From contig CM069138.1 of assembly GCA_035221665.1 (NCBI GenBank), forward strand, positions 50,344,001-50,408,000: 64,000 nucleotides of DNA, written 5' to 3'. Made by a program: the position numbers and the translations under genes. This DNA comes from Okamejei kenojei (lineage: Eukaryota). Every line of letters starts with the position of its first letter. Positions within the stretch are counted from its first letter, which is position 1. The notes under the pieces are model-generated. The model was not told the origin of the DNA. It saw only the letters and a list, made by a program, of their open reading frames with translations, and searched no databases. Positions 48,996 through 60,460 of this stretch are shown here, in pieces.

Positions 48996-51638
48996 TGGAA
49001 CACCATCAATTAGAGTCGAGAGTGAGATAGTTTTAGTTGAGGTAGTTTTAGTTCCATTTACTTCTTTAGGTTTATTATTGTCACAAGTACTGAGGTACAA
49101 TGAAAAGCCTTGTTTTGCATGCGATCCAAACAGATCAGATATGTCTGAATCAGGTAGATACAATGTTCAAACTCAAGTATAACAGATAAGGTAAAGGGGA
49201 AGATAGAGAATGCAGAATACAGTGCTCAACGCTGTCGCACAATAGGTCCATGGACATAAAGAACCATTGAATCATTAAACTAAACTCCAATGTCCATAAT
49301 AGGTAGAGGTGAATCAGACAGCACCCTACCTTTTGGAAGGACCATTCAGAAGCCTGATAACCAAGGGGTTCCCAAAGAATTATTGGATATTATAAATCCA
49401 TAAGATGAACCCCAATTATTAGTTCCACCTGAAAGTCTGACCAGTGGACACAAGTGGAAATCCAGTAACTGGTTGGTTTACAACTGATGATTGAGAAAAG
49501 GTCTTTACTCAATAAGGACAATAATCTGCCAGTGAAGTAAGCAAAAACATTGATGAAATGCGACGATGGAGAATTAGTGCACTAAACAGGTGACTTTCCA
49601 TGCTTGAATGTCTGCATGAATGTCTGCTTCCTTTATTGGAACTCGGAGGAGAATCAAGTCAAGTAGCAAAGCGCCACTGTGCAGTACAATCAGTTATTTC
49701 AGACTCTGCCATTTGATGATGTCTCCCAACAAAACAAACAAGACTTGCTCTGCATGTTGATGTAGGGCGGGAAAGAATGTTGTAAATCCCATTACACAGG
49801 CCCCATTCTTCTCTTTTAACAAACGATCTCATATCCCTTTCAGCAAAACTGGATTTTGTGCCAATCCTTTTTCTTCTTCTTTATTAGCAGCTGCATAGAA
49901 TTGAGGAGGTCTACAAGTGTGTTTATTGTACTGATTGATAGGTTTTGCAATAGGATAATTATATTTTCTTGATTGGAGCACTATGAAAAATGAAAATTGG
50001 GGAAGGACAGTGTACAGAGGGCATATCATTTTCTAGGTCAATGACATTTTAGCAATCGTTTTCAATTTTCTTTTTCATAGTGCATATTTATGCTAAGTAA
50101 TTGTTCCATTCTGTCTGATACATCATTGTGACAGAGAGTGAGTGAGTCATACAGTGTGGAAACAGGCCCTTCAGCCCAACTTGTACATGCCAAGATAACC
50201 CTGCCTTTCCGATGATTGTTCTTAAATTTATTGAGCCATTGTGAAAATAGAAGCATGAAATAATTTAAATATTTAAGAAGAACAACTGTATTTAAAACTA
50301 TACATTCTTCAATGCCTCAATGAAGATGGATGCATTGACCACTGACTGCAAAAGGTGAATCCTAAGGGTGGGCGTGGCCATGATCCCTGAGAAATCTGCA
50401 GCAACATTTTATGTTGAGTACCCACGTGAAGTATAGAGACTGAGGTTTTGGACATCCCATTCCTTCCACATGCAGCAAGTTCTGCCCTCAATAGTCTGCC
50501 CAATGGCTACATGTGCAACATCCTTTCACAGCATAAAAAAGTGTTTCTCCCTGTTGCTAGCATATTGAAAAATGGATAGTACAGAGAGGGATCCCATGGT
50601 ATGACCTTTGGCCCCTATATTGTTGCTCCTGCAAATCTATCCAAGTGAACAATGGGAGAGAGAACCTGGTGGGAATGGGAACGGAACATCGGGACATTCG
50701 AGACTTAAAATTAGAAAATTGTTCATACCGTATCTATGTCTACCTACGCTATTCCAATTTTCCAGAGAATATTCCAGGAGATGTATATTGAACAGATGAA
50801 AGCTGTTATTGTTTACATTCTAAAATCATTTAAGAGATAAGGATCTATTTGTGTAGTGCAAAATATTTCTAATTTCTAATCTCTAAATATACCGCGAGCC
50901 TGTGTATTTGCATTTAATTGCCAGCAAGCCTTTGTCAGTGTAGGACTGCCTCCCAGTGGACCAATGATGCATAACTGCTTTCCTGGAGCAGAGATGTCCA
51001 AGATGCTATCCATTCTTTCAGGATTCTCTGCTGTTGGCTAAATTAACATTCCCACAACGATTGCTATATTCCAGTGTTAAATTTATTTTCATCAAATGTA
51101 AATTGTTTCTCTCTACAGGCTGTATATGTTGGAATGCATTGTTATCAAAATAGCATGACCTGATTACTAAAAAAACAGCATAACGTTATATGTGGATAGT
51201 TTCATGGAAGTGAAGGTGCATCTCAGATTTCCTTTTGGAAATCCTCAATTATATTTGTGTGTATTGATTAGTAAGGGTGTCGAGCTTTGTGGGGCGAAGG
51301 CAGGAGAATCGGGTTGAGAAGGAAAGTCAGATCAGCCATGAATGAATGGCGGAGAAGGCTCGAGGGCCGAATGGCCTAATTCTGCTCCTATGATTTATGA
51401 ACATGTATTTGGTAGGATTTAAATGATCAATAATGCAGGGAGAATCAAAGTTCTTACTATGCATTGTGGAGCAGACATGAACCAGGACATTGAGAATTAA
51501 ATGATAAAAGGTAGAAGCAAGGAACTGCATATGCTGGTTTACACAAAAGGACACAAAGTGCTGGAGTAACTCAGTGGGTCAGACAGCATCTCTGGAGGCC
51601 ATGATGTTTTTGGGTTGGGACCCTTCCTCAGGCTTCTT

Positions 51639-52966
51639 AGAAGCATAGAAACATAGAAAATAGGGGCAGGAGTAGACCATTCGGCCCTTCGAACTTGCAC
51701 CGCCTTTCAATATGATCATGGCTGATCATCCAACTCAGTATCCTGTACCTGCCTTCTCTCCATACCTCCTGATCCCTTTAGCCACAAGGGCCACATCTAA
51801 CGCCCTCTTAAATATAGCCAATGAAGTGGCCTCAACTACTTTGTGTGGCAGAGAATTCCAGAGATTCACCACTCTGTGTGAAATATGATTTTTCTCATCT
51901 CGGTCCTAAAAGATTTCCCCCTTATCCTTAAACTGTGACCCCTTGTTCTGGACTTCCCCAACATCGGGAAAAATCTTCCTGCATCTAGCCTGTCCAACCC
52001 CTTAAGAATTTTGTAAGTTTCTATAAGATCCCCCCTCAATCTTCTAAATTCTAGCGAGTACAAGCCAAGTCTATCCAGTCTTTCTTCATATGAAAGTCCT
52101 GACATCCCAGGAATCAGTCTGGTGAACCTTCTCTGTACTCCCTCTATGGCAAGAATGTCTTTCCTCAGATTTGGAGACCAAAACTGTACGCAATACTCCA
52201 GGTGTGGTCTCACCAAGACCCTGTACAACTGCAGTAGAACCTCCCTGCTCTTGTACTCAAATCCTTTTGCTATGAATGCCAACATACCATTCGCTTTCTT
52301 CACTGTCTGCTGCACCTGCATGCCTACTTTCAATGACTGGATCACCATGACACCCAGGTCTCGACGCATCTCCCCTTTTCCTAATCGGCCACCATTCAGA
52401 TAATAGTATACTTTCCTGTTTTTGCCACCAACATGGATAACCTCACATTTATCCATATTATACTGCATCTGCCATGCATTTGCCCACTCACCCAGCCTAT
52501 CCAAGTCACCTTGCAACTTCCTAGCATCCTCCCCACAGCTAACACTGCCCCCCAGCTTCGTGTCATCCGCAAACTTGGAGATGTTGCATTCAATTCCCTC
52601 GTCCAAATCATTAATATATATTGTAAATAGCTGGGTCCCAGCACTGAGCCTTGCGGTACCCCACTAGTCACTGCCTGCCATTCTGAAAATGACCCGTTTA
52701 CTCCTACCCTTTGCTTTCTGTCTGCCAGCCAGTTCTCTATCCACATCAATACTGAACCGCCAATACCGTGTGCTTTAAGTTTGTATACTAATCTCTTATG
52801 TGGGACCTTGTCGAAAGCCTTCTGAAAGTCCAGATATAACACTGGTTCTCCCTTATCCACTCTACTAGTTACATCCTCAAAAAATTCAATAAGATTCGTC
52901 AGACATGATTTACCTTTCGTAAATCCGTGCTGACTTTGTCCAATGATTTCACGACTTTCCAAATGT
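51639..52966 (-). mobile_element. Young CR1 LINE, 5'-truncated
   Basis: [66 protein letters not shown] gcttctt (51632-51638, 52967-52973). Confidence 0.95.
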
Positions 52967-53339
52967 GCTTCTTCACTCATAATAATAAAAGGTGTCTTGA
53001 TAGGAACAGTAGATGCAGAACTAAAGTGTGCTGATTTCAAATTAATGTGTTTGCAGGAAATCTAGATTGTTTCATCCAACAGCAATGGATTTACAGCAAA
53101 TACAATGCATCAAACTGCCAGACCATGTTCAGTTCACAAGTGATATCCCCAACAGGCAAATAAACAGCATTTAGACTTTAAAGAAACACCATAAAGTACC
53201 AGAAGGCATCTGGTATTTGTGGAATGGATCAGTGACTTTGGAAACATAAGGAAGTTGATAGCAAAACTAAATAAGATGTAGTGTTAAAAGTTTTAAAATA
53301 ATACGGACAAGATTTTCATTCTGCATTTCTGTTTTCAAG

Positions 53340-53378
53340 GATATATGTTGGAAAAGAAACGACTGAGACAATAAAATG
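53340..53378 (+). CDS. AHNAK-like: AHNAK-family gene: 5'UTR exon ending in the start ATG (53376-53378)
   Basis: Acceptor tttctgttttcaag|, donor ATG|gtatgt, A at -3, in-frame TGA upstream. Splices in frame to the acceptor at 56097. Confidence 0.55.
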
Positions 53379-53759
53379 GTATGTATTGTTTACAAGCACT
53401 ACTAAACTACCAAAATATTATTGATGATATTAGTATGTTATTTGCCCGAAAATTCTGGTACTTTCTATGATTCACACACCCACTCACTGCATATTTCGGT
53501 AAACGTCTCTCTGATTTATATCACCACCTATTTATTAATGATTGAAAAGTGTACCTTACAATAATGAGGGCCCTCCTCCACTGGCATGTTATGGCTGCAT
53601 TGTTTGTTCTATGTATTTAACTGCTGCAGCAACTCCTCAAGGCTGTTTCGACCACAATTCCCACAGTATTGGGGAAGTTGATGCAAGGGTGCTGCACTGC
53701 CTCTGTTTTCAACTGTAAATCACTTACCGTTTCAGATTGAATGTTTATTGTTCCCTCTT

Positions 53760-54576
53760 CATGGTTGATTATTGGTGTATTGCTGTTACAGGCACTAAGG
53801 TACAGTGAAAAGCACTGTTTGCAAGTTATCCAGTCAAATCATACCAGACATGAGTACAATCAAATCATGCACATGTATAATTGGTGGTGCAAAGAGAAAA
53901 ATAACAGAGTGCAGAGTAGAGTGCTTACAGCATTGTAGCTACAGAGAAAGTGTAGATAAAAAAAGTACAAGGCCTGCAATAAAGTTTGGAAGATCAGGAC
54001 TGCACCCTAGCTTATGGGAGGACCATTCAGTCATCTGAGAACAGCATGGGAAGTGGCTGTACCTGAACCTTGTGGCATATGCTTTTAAGCTTTTGTATCT
54101 TCTGCCAAACAGGAGGGGAAAAGGAATGACTGCAGTGAAAATGGACCTTTATTATGTTGGCTGCTTTCCCAAGACGTGGGAAGTGTAGATGGAGTTTATG
54201 ATGGGGAGGGAGTGGGGGGAGGGGTGGAGGGGGAGGACTGCGCAATGGGAAATGGCGCTTTGGCACCACTGATGCTGACTAGAGCATGTACACAACCTCA
54301 CTTCCTGGGTCAATAAGTAGATCCTTCATCTTGCTGAGATTCAAGGCGAGTCTCTTGCCTTGACACTATGTTATTAAGCTCTCTATCTCCTTTCTATACC
54401 TGGTCTCATCGTGGTTCAAGATCAGAACCACTATGTTCATGTCATCTGCAAATGTGTAAGTGGAGTTAGAGCTGTATTTGGCCACAGTTGTGCGTGTGTA
54501 GGGAGTATAGTAAGAGGCTGAGAACGCATCCTTGTGGAGCACCAGTGTGGAGGATGTTCTGTCGCCTATCTTCACT
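53760..54576 (-). mobile_element. Old Rex1/Babar-type LINE fragment (host of the Vingi insertion)
   Basis: SNSTYTFADD.NIVVLI.NHDETRYRKEIESL. Confidence 0.7.
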
Positions 54577-55725
54577 TTTTCTTTGAGGCAGCAGAGGTTA
54601 TGTAACGCCCTCCAGGCGTTGTAGCCAGTTCAATGTGCTGTGTCGAGGGCCTTGAGGTCTACCCCTCCACCATGGAGGCGGAGGACAGCGCAGTCGGAAA
54701 CGACCCGCTGCACTGTTTGCTGGTCTGCTCCACACATGCAGGCTGCTGATGAATGCAGCCCCCAGCGATGCATGTTGGTGTTGAACCGGCCGACCCCTGT
54801 ACGGTTCAGGGCGACCCACTCTTTGCAGGGCAGGTCCGAGCCGGGTGGGGCTGTGGTGTTCGGTGCAACAGTGAATTGCGGAGGTCTTGAAGTCTGTTCC
54901 CAGCTGGTTCTCCATGCTCCTAGTGTGTTGAAACCGGAATCGCTGCGTGACAGGAGAAGGGGCGACGAGATGACAGGCGTTTATGTCCCAGTTGCTGTGA
55001 GTACTGGCGAAGGAGGCCTTGCACACCATGCCTGCGGGTGAAGTACTCTCTGCGAAGCTTGGCGGGTGCGATACCTGCGAGCACCGGCAGAAGATCCGTC
55101 GCAAGTAGGGCGTAGGCAGCCGGTGATGATCCGCATGGTGTTGTTGAGGATGACGTCTAGCTTGCTCGTATGAGCGCTACGGCACCGTGCTGGGGCCGGC
55201 GTACTCAGCGTGTACACGAGTGTCTTGCACTACACGAGTGCAAGGACACTGGTTCGGAGAGTAGATGCCCTGGCGCCCCATGACGATCCAACCAAGCAAC
55301 GCAGGAGGTTGTTCCGCGCCGAGACTTTAGCACGGAGAGCTTCAAGCTGTTGCTTGTAGGTCAGCTGCCGATCTAGTTTCACCCCGAGGTATGTAGGAAA
55401 TGGGTTACAGGCTAGGGGTGACCCATTGAGGGTGACGGTTAGCTGGCGTTGAGCTTCCTTGTTGTTCAGGTGAAAGGCCATTATGGTGGTTTTTGTCACA
55501 CTCAGTTTTAGCCTCCAGGTCTTAAGGTAGCCCGTGACAAGTTCCATATCCACCGTGAGCACATCCTCCACGTTTGACCAACTCCTGTCCAAATGCAGTA
55601 GGGCCAGGTCATCTGCATATCCGTACTGGCGCGAGATCGTGCGTGGCAGATCGCTGATATAGAAATTGAAGAGCAAGAGGATCGCTGATAGATCGCATGC
55701 AGATCGTTGGTATAGAGATGGAAGA
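54577..55725 (-). mobile_element. Vingi/Ingi-group LINE, 5'-truncated
   Basis: LFNFYISDLP...YADDLAL...WRLKLS..KT...FHLNNKEA.RQL...TYLGVKLDRQLTY...SSWGA.ASTLRT; RIITGCLRPT; C-terminal CMCGADQQT..VVSDC. 13-bp TSD gcctatcttcact (54564-54576, 55726-55738). Confidence 0.85.
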
Positions 55726-56096
55726 GCCTATCTTCACTGAATATAGTATATGGTTCAGGGACTCAAGAATCCAGTTGCCATTCAGGAGGCATTGAAAACA
55801 TTGATATCAAATTCACGTTAAACAGAATGAGATGTCAGAATAGAAGTATTCTTTCTATAGGCACAGGTAATGTGAATAGGTAAAGGAGTATGCATTTTGT
55901 ATGTAATTTTCCCCTTCTCATCTCTGTACTCCAAATTATTCACACCAAAGTGAGATTTGAAGTGGGAGTGGGTGGTGGGAGAAAGGGATTGTTTCCCTTT
56001 TGAACTGAAAAAAATATATAATTTTTCTTAAGATGAATGGTTTCACTTTTAAAGGATCATTGCAGGCACTTACATCAATGTTTCCTTTTAAACTAG

Positions 56097-56253
56097 AATT
56101 TCAGCATGCAGAGAGACACGGCAATGGTTCTCCCCAGCAGTGAAACAGCTCTCTCTGATGAACTTACCCTGACTGATTCACCTGGTGGAGGGGTTATCAT
56201 TGAAGACATACAGCAAGACTCCCCAGTTGCAAGAGGTGGCACCCTGAAGAAAG
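56097..56253 (+). CDS. AHNAK-like: AHNAK-family gene exon, PDZ-like domain N-half
   Basis: Translates NFSMQRDTAMVLPSSETALSDELTLTDSPGGGVIIEDIQQDSPVARGGTLKK(G), compare AHNAK GVFVQEVTQNSPAARTGVVKEG. Boundaries tag| and |gtgatt, phase 1. Confidence 0.85.
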
Positions 56254-56396
56254 GTGATTGTTCTTAATTATATATAATCCGGGTGCTCGGTTTCCTCCTT
56301 GAGATGTATTTCAAGACTTTGTTATTTAGAGAAATTTAGTACATGGTAATATCACTCAAATATATTTAACCAAAATGTACCATTATTATTTTGTAG

Positions 56397-56554
56397 GTGA
56401 TCAACTGAATGCAGTAACAATACATTTTGACAACCTAAACAGTAAAGAGGTTGGCAAAATATTGAAATATACAGAACCATACAAAACAAGTCTAAAATTG
56501 AATACAAAAGGTGAACTCAGAAGTCCAACTTATGGATACAAAAGTTCTTACATG
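56397..56554 (+). CDS. AHNAK-like: AHNAK-family gene exon, PDZ-like domain C-half
   Basis: GDQLNAVTIHFDNLNSKEVGKILKYTEPYKTSLKLNTKG, compare AHNAK GDQIVGATIYFDNL and PRX/AHNAK2 EPYK. Boundaries ttgtag| and |gtaaag. Confidence 0.9.
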
Positions 56555-56672
56555 GTAAAGATTCTTATTTACTTTTGATTTATACATATTTTCAGTTGAG
56601 GAATAAATTATTTACATCCTTTAACATGTCAAAGTTCTGTATTTACATTAACATGACTCTCTGTCCTTTCAG

Positions 56673-57195
56673 GGAAGCAGTGATCAAACTTACTTAAAGT
56701 TGTACAACAGCAAGATCAAGCCCCATCTTAAGCTAGCAAAACCAAGTGTGGATGCACGTGGTCTGACTGTTAATGGAATGACACCTTCATTTGATGCAAG
56801 GAGACCCAATATTTCTTCTGAATTTGACATGAACCTAAAGGCTTCGCCAACTATTGGTTTGAACACCCCTAGTTTTGACATCAATGGTCCACATGGTAAA
56901 ATACAAATGCCTGATGTTAAAGCTTCAACACCGAAGATTGGAGGAGGATTGATAACCTCGGATATTAATGTTGAATCACCAAGAGGGGCCATTAAGATGC
57001 CTGGCATGGACTTCAAAGGTGCAAGTTTTGAAATGCCATCAGCACATTTATCTGGGATTGAGACTCCATATCCGAAAGGGGATTTTGATGGCAATCTGCA
57101 TGCACCAAAGTTTAAAATGTCATCACCCGATTTACATGGACCAAATGTTTCAGCATTGGACACAAACCTTAACCTTAAGGCACCTAATATCAAAG
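56673..57195 (+). CDS. AHNAK-like: AHNAK-family gene exon, start of repeat region
   Basis: GSSDQTYLKLYNSKIKPHLK (compare AHNAK YQRIYTTKIKPRLK), then KMP/PDV/APKFKM repeats. Acceptor cctttcag|, donor AAAG|gtaac, phase 1. Confidence 0.88.
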
Positions 57196-57503
57196 GTAAC
57201 AATGAATTTTCTCAAAAATAACAATACATATCCTAACACTCCTATCTTGCATTAAATTCATGTAATGAAGGAATAATAGCTAAATAATTGCAAATAAATT
57301 TGCCACGAGTCACCGTAGCCAAATAGACAATAAATTCAGGAAGGTTGGTTGTACATCTTAAATCTAGTTGCATTGAAGACACCTTCTTCAAGCGCTATTC
57401 AGCAATAAAAGAACATGTGGATTTGGATGGGAATCTTCCAAACATTATTTCTTAATGTATTATAAGTAATGTATTACTACAAAAGGACAAAGAAAGACGC
57501 AGA

Positions 57504-59189
57504 ATTCACCAAGGAGAAGGATATTGAATTATGTGAGGTAAGGGAAACAAGTAGAGTAGCTATGGAAACTATGAGGATCAAAGAAGAGGAAGTACTGACA
57601 CTTTTACAAAATATAAAAGTGGATAAGTCTCTAGGTCCTGGCAGGATATTCCCTAGGACATTGAGGGAAGTTAGTGTAGAAATAGCAGGGGCTATGACAG
57701 AAATATTTCAAATGTCATTAGAAACGGGAATAGTGCCGGAGGATTGGCGTACTGCGCATGTTGTTCCATTGTTTAAAAAGGGTTCGAAGAGTAAACCTAG
57801 CAATTATAGACCTGTTAGTTTGACGTCAGTGGTGGGCAAATTAATGGAAAGGTTACTTAGAGATAATATATATAATCATCTGGATAAACAGGGTCTGATT
57901 AGGAACAGTCAACATGAATTTGTGCCTGGAAGGTCATGTTTGACTAATCTTTTTGAATTTTTTGAAGAGGTTACTAGGGAAATTGATGAGGGTAAAGTGG
58001 TGGATGTTGTCTATATGGACTTCAGTAAGGCCTTTGACAAGGTTCCACTTGGAAGGTTGGTTAAGAGGGTTCAATGGTTGGGTATTAATAGTGGAGTAGC
58101 AAGATGGATTCAACAGTGGCTGAATGGGAGATACCAGAGAGTAATGGTGGATAACTGTTTGTTGGAGGCCGGTGACCAGTGGGGTGCCTCAGGGATCTGT
58201 GTTGGGTCCACTGTTGTTTGTCATATACGTCAATGATCTGGATGATAGTGTGGTAAATTGGATTAGTAAGTATGCAGATGATATAAGATAGGTGGTGTTG
58301 TGGATAATGAAGTAGATTTTCAAGGTCTACAGAGAGATTTAGGCCATTTGGAAGAGTAGGATGAAAGATGGCAGATGGAGTTTAATACTGATAAGTGTGA
58401 AGTGCTACATCTTGGCGGGACAAATCAAAATAGGATGTACATGGTAAATGGTAGCGAATTGAGGAATGCAGTTGAACAGAGGGATCTAGGAATAACTGTG
58501 CATAGTTCCCTGAAGGTGGAATCTCAGGTAGATAGGGTGGTAAAGAAAGCTTTTGGTGTGCTGGCCTTTATAAATCAGAGCATTGAGTATAGAAGGTGGG
58601 ATGTAATGTTAAAAATTGTACAAGGCATTGGTGAGGCCAATTCTGGAGTATGGTGTACAATTTTGGTTGCCAAATTATAGGAAAGATGTCAACAAAATAG
58701 AGAGAGTACAGAGGAGATTTACTAGAATTTTGCCTGGGTTTCAGCACCTAAGTTACAGAGAAAGGTTGAACAAGTTAGGTCTTTATTCTTTGGAGCGCAG
58801 AAGGTTAAGGGGGGACTTGATAGAGGTCTTTAAAATTATTAGAAAGATAGACAGAGTTGACGTGGATAAGCTTTTTCCATTGAGAGTAGGGAAGATTCAA
58901 ATAAGAGGACATGATTTGAGAATTAAGAGACAAAAGTTTAGGGGTAATATGAGGGGGAACTTCTTTACTCAGAGAGTGGTAGCTGTGTGGAATGAGCTTC
59001 CAGTGGAAGTGGTGGAGGCAGGTTCGATTTTATCATTTAAAAATAAATCGGATAGGTATATGGATGGGAAAGGAATGGAGGGTTATGGTCTGAGTGCAGG
59101 TAGATGGGACTAGGTGAGAGTAAGTGTTCGGCATGGACTAGAGGGGCCGAGATGGCCTGTTTCCGTGCTGTAATTGTTATATGGTTATA
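57504..59189 (+). mobile_element. CR1 LINE, 5'-truncated, intronic
   Basis: VPEDWR.AHVVPLFKKG..NYRPVSLTSVVGKLME, YMDFSKAFDKVP, SKYADD, YKALVRPILEYG; tail gttatatggttat. Confidence 0.95.
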
Positions 59190-59434
59190 ATATGATTTAG
59201 ACTTTTAGATTGAAATTGTTGATTTGGAATAGTCAATATTTAAAAGAAAATTCATTTGTATCACCAAGAAACGTAACTACGGTATCATGGGGTTGAGGTA
59301 AATTCTGAAATTCAGCTTGGCATTATGGCCGAAGCTAATTACCAGTTAATGTTAAGAATCCAAATTAATCTTTCCCTCAATGGTTGGTCGTGATACATCA
59401 ATTCCAAAGCCTTTTATTGAACCATAGCTGATCT

Positions 59435-59735
59435 GCGCACAGTGGTGCAACGGTAGAGTTGCTGCCTTACAGCGAATGCAGTGCAGAAGGCCCAGGTTCG
59501 ATCCCGACTACGGGTGCTGCTGTTGTACGGAGTTTGTACGATCTGTCCGGGACCTGTGTGGGTTTTCTCCGAGATCTTTGGTTTCCTCCCACACTCCAAA
59601 GACGTACAGGTAAGTAGGTTAATTGGCTTGGTAAATGTAAAAATTGTCCCGATTTTAAGGATAGTGTTAATGTGTGGGGATCGTTGGTCGGCGCCGAAAG
59701 GGCCAGTTTCCGCGCTGTATCTCTAAACTAAACTA
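59435..59735 (+). mobile_element. HE1/V-SINE
   Basis: A-box tggtgcaacgg, B-box ggttcgatccc, V-domain and (AAACT)n tail. Confidence 0.9.
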
Positions 59736-60460
59736 CACTATCGATCATATAGAAATTCAGGAATGTAAAAATTGTCTACCCATTCAAATGTAGGATCAAG
59801 GGAACATGTAGAACTTCAATACCACACTGAAACTGACTAGCTAATTTATGAGTTCAAATGTTTAAGAGCATGTAAAAAGTCATAAACATAACAGCTATCG
59901 ATAAGATGGGCCTAAGGTACATGTAGCAATTAATACTTGAGATGTTGGACAATTAAATATCATTATACCATCTTCCCATTTAAAAAAATGAGTATTAGCA
60001 GGATGATTTATAAGGGAAGTAATCCGGACCCATGTAATGTGATTGTGCGAGGGATTAACTAGTCTACAAAGCTGCATTCTTCACCATCCAGCAGACAGCT
60101 TAGGGAACATGATCATCAAGATCTTAGTCGTTGCATAAATACACCGATATTAAATTGCTCCAAAATTAAATGTTCCCCTACAAATAAGATTGTGCCTAAT
60201 CGTTATTTTCAGCAGAAGGTGCAATTTGAAGGTTCTAAATTTAACGTCAGGATAAAATGAACACCAAATTAGATACAGTACAAATATCTAATGGCTGATC
60301 CGTAGATGTAGGTGATACAGCAGATAAATTATGTCATTTAAATAACCATGGGTGTGCAAATTGCAAAATAATGGTTTAGAACATGTTTTAACGGCAAAAC
60401 AAAGCCATAATGTTAAAAATGCCCTTCATTAACATGATAAAAAAAATGTTTCCATTTCAG

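Noticed and set aside
50360-50510. GC box, E-box and CCAAT cluster as an alternative promoter
   Set aside because: Short motifs expected by chance, with no convincing downstream donor. Cannot be supported from sequence alone.
59435-59510. tRNA gene (A and B boxes)
   Set aside because: Head of an HE1/V-SINE, followed by the V-domain and LINE-derived tail. The same applies to the other copies.
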